The translations under genes and the position numbers were made by a program. A DNA stretch of 32,000 nucleotides from Promethearchaeota archaeon (lineage in GTDB: Archaea > Asgardarchaeota > Lokiarchaeia > Sigyniarchaeales > SOKP01). The notes beneath the pieces were generated by a model that saw only the letters and a list, made by a program, of their open reading frames with translations, had not been told where the DNA came from and ran no database searches. The DNA is taken from NCBI GenBank assembly GCA_030606485.1, contig JAUWGH010000004.1, positions 150,001 to 182,000 on the forward strand, read 5' to 3'. The first letter of the stretch is position 1, and each line of letters starts with the position of its first letter. Positions 7,263 to 15,877 of this stretch are shown here, piece after piece.

Positions 7263-8156
7263 ATGCGAGAGATGGAAATTAATAGTAAGATTATGAGTGG
7301 TAATGAAGAACCGAGATTTGGCAAAATGAATTTTTTAGGAGATTCGATTAAAGATATTCTTTTTGAGGAGAATTATTTAGCACTATTGAAAGAGAAGATT
7401 GTGAGATTAAACCAAAGCCAAATTCAACAAAGGGAATTAAAAAAGCTGATAATTAAGCACGGTTTTAAATCGGTAGAGGATATTAAAGAAGTAATTAAGT
7501 TATTTATTGAAGCAGAGATAAAGAAATATATTGAAAATACTACAACTCAGAAAGGTAGGTTGGAGAAATACAAGCAATTACTTAGTAAAGTTTCTTCCAG
7601 GATAGATAAAATATATAGAAAATTAAATAATTCCGATAAATTAGAACTTGATAAAATTACGAGTAAAAAAGTTCGCGATTCTTTGATCTCTGCTGAGAAG
7701 ATATTTGAATATTATAAATCAAATGATGATCTTCCTGATGCTTCCCCAATAATTAATAATTATGCTAAAGCGCTTGAAATTATGCTGGATGAATGTATTT
7801 CTGTTTATTTTAAGTCTTTAATTAAAAAGAAATATTTTCAAAAACAAATGTCTCCGGATATTTACAAGAAATTTGGATGGCTTAAAGATAATAAATCGAT
7901 TCCATTGGGAGGTTGGGTAAAAATTATCGAGTCTTTTGAGGATGAGGAGAGTTTAATCGAGATAAAGGAATTTAAGGATTGTTTATTGGATAAAATTGAT
8001 AATGGGATATTGAATATTATTAGAAATGCATGTTTATATTTAGCTGATTTGAGAAATTCAAAATCTCACCGTGAAACTATAACAATGGAGGAGATATTTT
8101 CTCATAGGCCGGAGATAATAAAGTTATTGAATCCAATTATTAATAAAATATACTAG
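7263..8156 (+). CDS. Hypothetical protein with a C-terminal HEPN-like domain
   Basis: Helical protein with DASPIINNYAKALEIML and an R-x4-H motif (LRNSKSH) near the C-terminus. Confidence 0.6.
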   Translation: MREMEINSKIMSGNEEPRFGKMNFLGDSIKDILFEENYLALLKEKIVRLNQSQIQQRELKKLIIKHGFKSVEDIKEVIKLFIEAEIKKYIENTTTQKGRLEKYKQLLSKVSSRIDKIYRKLNNSDKLELDKITSKKVRDSLISAEKIFEYYKSNDDLPDASPIINNYAKALEIMLDECISVYFKSLIKKKYFQKQMSPDIYKKFGWLKDNKSIPLGGWVKIIESFEDEESLIEIKEFKDCLLDKIDNGILNIIRNACLYLADLRNSKSHRETITMEEIFSHRPEIIKLLNPIINKIY

Positions 8157-8223
8157 TTTTTATTGAATTAAAGGAATAATCCTGGTAAAACTGATGAAAA
8201 TTTCAATAATTATTGTTAGAAGA

Positions 8224-8463
8224 TTATTTAAGAAGTTTTTTGAAGTCAATTTCATTTAGGAGTGCTTTATTCAGAGATTCAGTATTTATTTGATTAGTAT
8301 TACTAAATTTCATTAGATCAAGTTCCATTTGGTTGGTATGTTTCAGAAATAAATCTCCCTTTTTTCTTCCAATCTCTTTATATATTTCTTCTTTCATATT
8401 TTTTAGAGATTCCACTCTTTCAAGGCAAAAATTTACAAAAAAATTTCCTGTGTCTTGTATCAT
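8224..8463 (-). CDS. Small hypothetical protein (79 aa)
   Basis: ATG-started helical ORF. No family recognised. Confidence 0.5.
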   Translation of the reverse strand: MIQDTGNFFVNFCLERVESLKNMKEEIYKEIGRKKGDLFLKHTNQMELDLMKFSNTNQINTESLNKALLNEIDFKKLLK

Positions 8464-8650
8464 TTTATCATTCCATTTTTTTTAATTAATAATTGAATAT
8501 ATTTTATTAAAAAAGGGTTAAGAGTGGCGAATAAGTAATCAATCTAAAAAATAAAAATAAACACTAATATAAGACAATGAATAAATAGATAAACCACAAA
8601 TAGTATAATCAAAGTTTTTAATAATTTTAATAAATATTTGAGAAAATAGT

Positions 8651-9817
8651 ATGAGAAATTTTAATTATTATCAACCAACCCGTATTAGATTCGGATGGGG
8701 TCGTGTAAATGAAATAGGGAGAGTAGTTGCGCGTATTGGGAAGAGATGTCTTTTAGTAACGGTCAAATCCTTTCCAGCTTTACAACCATTATTTGAAAAG
8801 ATAAAAAATTTATGTACTGAGGCAGGTGTTGAATTATTTCATTTTGAGGGAGTTATTCCCAATCCAACAATTGAATGCATAAATCTTGCTTCTGAAATGG
8901 CTATAAAAAATAAAATTGATGTTGTTTTGGGAGTGGGCGGAGGCTCTAGCATTGATACTGCTAAAGCTGTGGCTGTCGGTGCAACTCATGAAGGAGAAGC
9001 ATGGGATTACCGTCTGGGGCAAAAGCGAATTGTAAATAAAAAGCTACTTCCAATTATTGCAGTTCCTACTATAGCTGGCACAGGTGCCGAAGTCACAAAT
9101 ATGTCAGTTTTAAAAAATGCAAATGAAAAAATAAAATCTGCGCTTGCTGATTGGTCTCTCTGTCCGAGGGTTAGTATTGTTGATCCTGAACTCACGTTAA
9201 CGGTTCCACCGCATATTACAGCTTCTGCTGGCTTTGATGCTTTTTGCCATTCATTTGAAAGTTATTTAAACATAAATGCATCATATTATATCGATCTTAT
9301 TGCGTTGGAATCAATAAAACTGGTAATCAAGCATCTTCCAATTGCTGTTGATGATGGGTCAAATAGGAAAGCAAGAGAAGCACTTTCTCTAGGTAGTACC
9401 CTTGGAGGTCTTTGTATTGCAAATGCAGGAACAACTTTGCCTCATGGAATAGGTATGGCTATTGGAGGGCATACAACAAAGATAATGCATGGAGAATCTC
9501 TTGCAATTATGTATCCTGAAATAAACCGATGGACGTGGAAGCATGCATTATCTAAATATGCAACGGTAGGAAGACTATTTAATCCTGAATTAGAAGATGA
9601 GTCTGATAAAATTGCAGCGGAAGAAGCATGTAATGAAATAGATATGTTTCTTAAAAAAATCGGTATGTGGATGGATTTTAAGGATAAAAATGTGCCTGAA
9701 AGTGATTTAAAAGCTATTGGTGATGATGCAATTAAACTTCGGAACTATACCATTCATCCCAAAGTTGCTACTCTTGAAGAAATAAACACTCTGATTAAAA
9801 GAAGCTACAAGAGGTAG
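8651..9817 (+). CDS. Iron-containing (group III) alcohol dehydrogenase
   Basis: GVGGGSSIDTAKA, AVPTIAGTGAEVT, GFDAFCHSFE and TLPHGIG...HGE motifs. Confidence 0.95.
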   Translation: MRNFNYYQPTRIRFGWGRVNEIGRVVARIGKRCLLVTVKSFPALQPLFEKIKNLCTEAGVELFHFEGVIPNPTIECINLASEMAIKNKIDVVLGVGGGSSIDTAKAVAVGATHEGEAWDYRLGQKRIVNKKLLPIIAVPTIAGTGAEVTNMSVLKNANEKIKSALADWSLCPRVSIVDPELTLTVPPHITASAGFDAFCHSFESYLNINASYYIDLIALESIKLVIKHLPIAVDDGSNRKAREALSLGSTLGGLCIANAGTTLPHGIGMAIGGHTTKIMHGESLAIMYPEINRWTWKHALSKYATVGRLFNPELEDESDKIAAEEACNEIDMFLKKIGMWMDFKDKNVPESDLKAIGDDAIKLRNYTIHPKVATLEEINTLIKRSYKR

Positions 9818-9857
9818 TAATTAAATATTTTCAGTCCATAAATGGAGTATTATTATT

Positions 9858-10487
9858 TTATTTTACTATCTTTGAATTTTTATAATAAAGGGATAAGGTA
9901 TTTTCAATGGGATAACCTAAAATTAAGCCTGTTTCCCATAATTTTGCACCTAACTCTGTGTCCCACGTGTCTATATATTCACTTAATTTTTTATATTTTT
10001 TTGCATCAATCTCTTTTACGATATCGTCAAAATCTGCATAATCTTTTTTAAGTGATTCAAGGTCAAATAAATCATATAAACTTCCCTTCTGACCGAGAAT
10101 AACTTGATAACTTTTTTCTCTTTTTTTATACTCACAAAATAGTCCTTTTAATTTCGCAACTTCACAATATTGTTTTGCTTCTTCAAGTGTATTTTGACAT
10201 AAAACGCCAAAGGGTTTTTTGCGATCTATGGTTCTCTGGAATATTTGTTTTTTCACATCTTCTTCAGTAGGCATTTCTGCGATGTACCATCCTCCACTAA
10301 GATGTTGATTGAAATCGTTTATCATTGGAGATTTGAAATATATTTTTTTGGGAATAAAATCGTATTGATATAATTTTTTACCTTGATCATAAATTATTTT
10401 GATGTTGAAAAACTTCCCCTCTTTTATAAAAATGCCATGTTTTTTTTTCTTCTTCATTGCAGTAATTTTTTTGGGGATATATTTCAT
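9858..10487 (-). CDS. Hypothetical protein (209 aa)
   Basis: Long ORF with a conserved-looking C-terminus (WD...LWETGLILGYPIENTLS). No family assigned. Confidence 0.7.
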   Translation of the reverse strand: MKYIPKKITAMKKKKKHGIFIKEGKFFNIKIIYDQGKKLYQYDFIPKKIYFKSPMINDFNQHLSGGWYIAEMPTEEDVKKQIFQRTIDRKKPFGVLCQNTLEEAKQYCEVAKLKGLFCEYKKREKSYQVILGQKGSLYDLFDLESLKKDYADFDDIVKEIDAKKYKKLSEYIDTWDTELGAKLWETGLILGYPIENTLSLYYKNSKIVK

Positions 10488-10564
10488 AAAATTAAATTAT
10501 TAGATTAAAAATATCGAACCTTTTTCTCAGATACAATCTAAGATTGATTATTTGAATTATTTTT

Positions 10565-10963
10565 TTAATTTTTTCGTCCTTTTTCTTTCTCTGATGCTTT
10601 TTTAAGTTTTTCAATGAAATCCTCGCGTACGGGGTAGAAAATATCAAGCATTATAAAGGGTTCATTACCAATGCAGGTATCGCTATGTGGAGTATTTGGT
10701 GGTATACAATAAAAATCACCCTTTTGAACAACTCGTTCCTCGTCGCCGATGCGTAATTTCGCTTTACCGGAATATACCATACCTATTTGTTCATATGGAT
10801 GGGAATGTAGAGGTACAGTGCTCCCTACTTTTGTTGTATTGAGCACCATCATCATCTTTTCACCATGTAGGCCTGTTAGAATAATAGTCTCAAGTTGTGG
10901 AATTTGACTTAACTTAGGCCCATCTTTTGGATCTATAAAGTAAGAAATTTTTCCTTGTTTCAT
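10565..10963 (-). CDS. Cupin domain protein
   Basis: PLHSHPYEQIGMVYSG...GDFYCIPPNTPH metal-binding cupin motifs. Confidence 0.93.
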   Translation of the reverse strand: MKQGKISYFIDPKDGPKLSQIPQLETIILTGLHGEKMMMVLNTTKVGSTVPLHSHPYEQIGMVYSGKAKLRIGDEERVVQKGDFYCIPPNTPHSDTCIGNEPFIMLDIFYPVREDFIEKLKKASEKEKGRKN

Positions 10964-11052
10964 TTATTTATCTCCTTTTATTTTTAATAATGTATTTAAT
11001 TTGATAACATATATTTAGGTATAGAACATATATTATGATTTGGGTGATGTGA

Positions 11053-11397
11053 TTATGAGAGATCATAATCGACAGTATTGTTTTTAACGTTATTTGCATT
11101 CTCTACACCATAATTTACCTTTATTATTTTTAAAAACTCAGCGGGTTCATTTCCCTCGTTTATCGGCACAACTGAATAATCCAAACCTATTTTTCCTCTT
11201 AAATCTTGACTTATTTGTGCTCCTATAAATTTCTTTCTAACGGATGATTCTGTCCTTTTCCATAACCAAATTGTTCGCTTAGGATGATCACTAATGATTA
11301 TGTATACTTCAGAAGTGTTTAAAATAACCCTTATATCTTTATTAATTTTTATTTCATCTGTTTCTCCCGAATCTAATACTTTTAATAGCTGAATCAC
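11053..11397 (-). CDS. Single-domain gelsolin-like protein (Asgard type)
   Basis: LNTSEVYII...RTIWLWK...SSVRKKFIGAQISQDLRG...INEGNEPAEFL matches the gelsolin-repeat pattern. GTG start. Confidence 0.8.
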   Translation of the reverse strand: MIQLLKVLDSGETDEIKINKDIRVILNTSEVYIIISDHPKRTIWLWKRTESSVRKKFIGAQISQDLRGKIGLDYSVVPINEGNEPAEFLKIIKVNYGVENANNVKNNTVDYDLS

Positions 11398-11638
11398 TAT
11401 TTATTTCACTCTGCTTTTATTGAAGAAAATTTTATTTTTCCATAAATGTGAAATATACTCATTTATTTTTTTAAAAATTTTTCCAATTTTTTTAATATTT
11501 TATAAAAAAATAGAGTTGCATTAAATAAAAAACAAATTAAAGGGGTTCTACCGGCAGAAAAGAGAACGTTTGGTATCAGGAAAAAAATAAGAAAAAAGAT
11601 TTTTTTTAATATATTTTGATTTCTTTCTAGGCCAGATT

Positions 11639-13012
11639 TTATCGAATGGATTCAAGTTTCTTTTTATGTATTTCCTCGAGTTTTTTTCTCATCTCTTCAA
11701 GTTTTTCGCCGTGCCATGGATAGAAATAAATGAATATCAGGCTAATCGCCGCAAGTATTGCTGGAACAAGTAGAAATAATATTTTTATGCCAATTAATGC
11801 TTCGGCTGATTGAGTATCTGCGCCCTGAACGAACCCAAAAGCTAGAAAAATTAAAGTTGCAATCACAGGCCCAATACTAGCGGCGGGTTTGGTAAATAGC
11901 GCATTAATCCCTAAAAACATACCTTCTCTACGAGTTTCTTGGTTTACCTCATCCTCATCCATAGACAATGCCATTAAAGATCCAGTTGTGAAAATTCCAT
12001 ATCCAGCAAAAAAGGTTAACCAAGCAAAACCAATCCATAGTAATAATTCTGATCCTGGTATTAATGCAAATATAAATATAATCACTCCACCTATAGCTCG
12101 CAATATACCAAACCTTAAGATTATTTTTCTCATACCCCATTTAGGTCGTAGCTTCATGCATACAATATAGGCACTATAGCCTACAAAAATAAATATTAAG
12201 AAATAGATGACAGTAACCATTGTAGAGTTTAATCCAAGGATAAACATATATGCGAATAAATAACTTAAACCTACGCTTCCTATAAGAATCCCAAAGAAAT
12301 TATATCCAATAAAGAGCAAAAATGATTTTAACTTAACGGTTTCTTTTATAGATTTCCATAATGGAAATGACTCATCTTTTCGAAATTCTGGTTTTTCTTC
12401 ACACATATAAGCTGTAAGCAATGCAAATGCAGTTGATATAATTGCTACAATAATTATTATAATTTGAAATTCTATAGAAGTTGCATCCATAGCCCCTAAG
12501 ATGAGTAAAAAAGGCACGACTGCTATAGCCCCTATAAGTAAGCTAATAAAATTTGCTTTATTCCGCTCATCAATATTTGAAGTCATTTCCGGTAATAATG
12601 CCATCCAAGCAAGAACAACGAGCGTAAACATTGTGTCGTATAAACAAATACTAATTGTAAAATGAATAAAAATTATAATTTGATCAGTGTAACTCCAAGG
12701 AAACCATATAAGCAGGAATGCTATTGCCCAAATAGGTGCGCCATATTTAATATAAATTAACCTACGACTACCCCACTTTTCTCGATTAGTCCGATCCGAA
12801 AGTTGCCCAAGTAACGGGTCGTTCAGAGCGTTTACAGTCATATATATAACTAGTCCAATTATAAAATATATTGGGAGCAAAAGTAAATCATTATAGAATA
12901 GTTCTATGTATTTAAGATTGAAGACATACATAAATAAACCCGCAGGAATAGAACCGAATCCGTATCCTATTAAATTCTTCCTACTTAACTTATCTGAAGT
13001 TTTATTTTCCAT
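11639..13012 (-). CDS. MFS transporter, GPH (MelB-like glycoside-pentoside-hexuronide) family
   Basis: About 12 TM segments; NALNDPLLGQLSDRT..KWGSRR; RREGMFLGINALFTK. Confidence 0.92.
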   Translation of the reverse strand: MENKTSDKLSRKNLIGYGFGSIPAGLFMYVFNLKYIELFYNDLLLLPIYFIIGLVIYMTVNALNDPLLGQLSDRTNREKWGSRRLIYIKYGAPIWAIAFLLIWFPWSYTDQIIIFIHFTISICLYDTMFTLVVLAWMALLPEMTSNIDERNKANFISLLIGAIAVVPFLLILGAMDATSIEFQIIIIIVAIISTAFALLTAYMCEEKPEFRKDESFPLWKSIKETVKLKSFLLFIGYNFFGILIGSVGLSYLFAYMFILGLNSTMVTVIYFLIFIFVGYSAYIVCMKLRPKWGMRKIILRFGILRAIGGVIIFIFALIPGSELLLWIGFAWLTFFAGYGIFTTGSLMALSMDEDEVNQETRREGMFLGINALFTKPAASIGPVIATLIFLAFGFVQGADTQSAEALIGIKILFLLVPAILAAISLIFIYFYPWHGEKLEEMRKKLEEIHKKKLESIR

Positions 13013-13308
13013 AATTTATCATACTTTTTTTTTAAATCAATAACTATTTTATTTTAAATAGATATAAATATTTTTAAAATGAGAAAAAAAGAAATTTCAT
13101 GATTAAAATTCTGAATTGCATTATTTTAAAAAAATAGTGAAGTGGTATTTTTACATTTATGTAAGCGTTTACTTGTTTGTTGCAGTCAATCAAAATGGTA
13201 ATGACAAAATAAACCTTTAAATAATAATAACTTTCTTTGTAAAACAGATAAAAAGTGTTATTTAGTATAAGATTATTTAAAAATATTTGATTTGAACCAA
13301 AGAAAATA

Positions 13309-13800
13309 TTGGGAGATGTATTTAATTTGAACCAACAAGATGCATTAAAGTTTTTTCATGCATATATTAATGAAATGATAAATCTTGGCGGAGAGAACCT
13401 ACCTCGAAGTATATCAACACGATTGGGTAGTAAATTGGCAAAAATCTACAAAGATCGAGAAATAGAGTCTCTAGAGCAGGCTTTAAGAGAATTATATGAA
13501 GTATTAGGGGCGGATGTAAAAGTAGAGAAAGTAAGTGAAAAAAAGTTCCATATAAGGATCAAACATGCTTACCAATTTTGTCCGATTGGAGGGCTATTTA
13601 ATCCTTCAAAAAGGGAAAGGTTTTTGGAAATTGTCTGTATTCCTTATACAATTGGATTTCTTAAAGAATTTAACCCCGTTAATGGATATCAAATAGAATT
13701 AAAGAATTGTATCCTACGGGATGGCGGTCAACTATGTGAATATGATTTAATTTTAAATCTAAAGGACCAATTGGGAAAATTACACAATGTCATATATTAA
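13309..13800 (+). CDS. V4R / methanogen-output-domain-like protein (HNOB/V4R/Bet3 superfamily)
   Basis: Helical N-terminal half, then four Cys in V4R-like spacing (FCPIGG, VCIPYTIGFL, KNCIL, LCEYDL). TTG start. Confidence 0.6.
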   Translation: MGDVFNLNQQDALKFFHAYINEMINLGGENLPRSISTRLGSKLAKIYKDREIESLEQALRELYEVLGADVKVEKVSEKKFHIRIKHAYQFCPIGGLFNPSKRERFLEIVCIPYTIGFLKEFNPVNGYQIELKNCILRDGGQLCEYDLILNLKDQLGKLHNVIY

Positions 13801-13853
13801 AAAGACTGAGACAATTTTATTTAAAATAAAAAAGGAATAAAAAAAAAAAATTA

Positions 13854-15539
13854 TTAAAATATTGCAATAGCCAACCAGAATAGGAGTAATCCGATTCCGA
13901 AATAGATAATAGAGCTAAGATAAGTTACGTGTTTTGAGTAATTTTTAAATTTCCTTCCACTTTCGGTTAAAATGTAATTCACTTGTACGTATGGTGTAGG
14001 AGCGCGTCTATACCAACCGAAAATTTGAACGTTTTGACCGATTAATTTATCAACTCGCATGATTGCCCAGAAGAAATCGACAATCCTCAGTCCAAATCTG
14101 TAATCTACAGTAATTAAGCCTGTCTCGTCTTGAACCACAAGGTCTTCTGAATACCACAGTCCTGGAATCCCTCTTCCGATTATCTTTCCCTGAAGAATTG
14201 TAGCAACTGGACGTATCGGACTTACTTTCACGTTAGTAACTAGTTCTGCAATTGTATAAGGTTGGAAACTTCCTCTGTATTTATAAAGTGTCCTGGCGAT
14301 AACGGCTAATCCCATAAGATTCAAACCGATTGCCCAAAAGAATAATATATTTATTCCGAGCAGCAATGTAGAATAATTAAATACTAAGTTAATAATCCAC
14401 AAAATCGTGAATCCGATACAAGAGATAAATACTAAGGAAGGAAGCCATAACCAGAATAAATCAGCTAAGAATTGATCCCATAAAGATTTTCCTGCCTGTT
14501 CTTCCGCTCTTTCCTTAGTTCTTGAGAGATTAATTTCAGGTTTTACATTAAATTCAGCACATCGTTTATTTAGTGCTAAAATTCTTTTTGCAGGAAGGGG
14601 GTGTGTGCTAAACACTTGATAATATTTAGCCCATGGATTATGAAGGTCCCATGCAGCCGCTGCTTCAATATTTTCTTGAGAAAACCCACCTGAGGCGCCT
14701 ACACTTGCTAATGCTAATTTTTTTGCATCTTTTTTATTATAGATACCTAGCGATCGTAATGTATGAACTTTCGATTTATACATTTCAGATGTCTTATCTT
14801 GAGCTTCAAGAAGTCCGTAGGCTATCTTGACTAATGCTGTAGATAAATAGTTCGGATTTTCCATCATTTCCGCGCTATTTTCATCAGCGTAGTATTCTCT
14901 GAATCTTGAGATTAACAATGTTATCAGATATCCAAAATAATATGCAAAGTAAGAAAGCACACCAATAATTAAAAGCGCTAAACCGAAATATCCACCCTTC
15001 TCATCCCTTCCACGTGTAGTAGAGCGTCCAGCGAAAAAACACCACCTAGCTACTACATATAGAAGTACTGGAATTGCGCTCGCTAATGTCATAATTATAA
15101 AGTCTGAATGAACTACATGACCCATCTCATGAGCGACTACAGATGCTTGTTCTTTTTTATTAAGATGTTGTAGAATCCCAGAGGTAATTACTACGCGGGC
15201 ATTGTTTTTATGATGGCCGAACGTAAAGGCATTAGGGTTTCCATCGTCAATTAAGCCCATTCGGGGAGTTCGGATATGAAATTTTCTCACATGTGCGTCA
15301 ACAATGTCTGCAAGGTGCGGATATTGACCTTTAAACTGATCAAACGGAATCCAGTCAATCCGATAGATCCAACCGATGATGTAGGGACCGATTAAATACT
15401 GGAAACCTATTATTATGAGAGTAATAGCTAACATGAGCCACAGGCTCCAATTAAGCCACCAACCAATCATATTTATGATTGCAAAAAGTAGTGCAAATAG
15501 GAAAAATAGCATAAAGCAAGACCTAATTTTATAGCCCAT
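13854..15539 (-). CDS. htpX: HtpX-like M48 membrane zinc metalloprotease, long form
   Basis: PNAFTFG, HEMGH, SRFREYYAD and STHP..AKRI motifs; TM segments; C-terminal extension. Confidence 0.9.
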   Translation of the reverse strand: MGYKIRSCFMLFFLFALLFAIINMIGWWLNWSLWLMLAITLIIIGFQYLIGPYIIGWIYRIDWIPFDQFKGQYPHLADIVDAHVRKFHIRTPRMGLIDDGNPNAFTFGHHKNNARVVITSGILQHLNKKEQASVVAHEMGHVVHSDFIIMTLASAIPVLLYVVARWCFFAGRSTTRGRDEKGGYFGLALLIIGVLSYFAYYFGYLITLLISRFREYYADENSAEMMENPNYLSTALVKIAYGLLEAQDKTSEMYKSKVHTLRSLGIYNKKDAKKLALASVGASGGFSQENIEAAAAWDLHNPWAKYYQVFSTHPLPAKRILALNKRCAEFNVKPEINLSRTKERAEEQAGKSLWDQFLADLFWLWLPSLVFISCIGFTILWIINLVFNYSTLLLGINILFFWAIGLNLMGLAVIARTLYKYRGSFQPYTIAELVTNVKVSPIRPVATILQGKIIGRGIPGLWYSEDLVVQDETGLITVDYRFGLRIVDFFWAIMRVDKLIGQNVQIFGWYRRAPTPYVQVNYILTESGRKFKNYSKHVTYLSSIIYFGIGLLLFWLAIAIF

Positions 15540-15877
15540 TATTTATCACATATTTTGTTTAGGTTTTTTTATTAATTTAAAAATTTTAATTTGTTATAGA
15601 ATTAGGAAACCATCTATACATATATTTTTTTTGTTTAACCCATGAAAACGGGTAGTTTATTTTATTCATATTAAAAAATAATAGAATAAATTTATATTAA
15701 ACAGAACTATTATTCATTAAATTTTTAGAGAAAAATCAAGAATTTTAAATCTAAAAACAGAGAAAATTGTTAAAGTAAAAAGAAATAATTATAAATTAAA
15801 TCTTATTAATTATGTAAAATTAAATATTATTTAACAATAAACACAAATAAAGTAATCCGATTATAAGTGAAATTTTA

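Noticed and set aside
4532-8463. tRNA-anchored integrated element or genomic island
   Set aside because: No integrase or transposase, and I found no duplicated tRNA 3' end (att) for tRNA-Arg, -Asp or -Phe in the window.
11541-11580. GC-rich patch with a GTTCT/AGAAC mini-hairpin downstream of the MFS gene
   Set aside because: Only a 5-bp stem, with no C/D box, SECIS or riboswitch hallmarks. Too weak to call.
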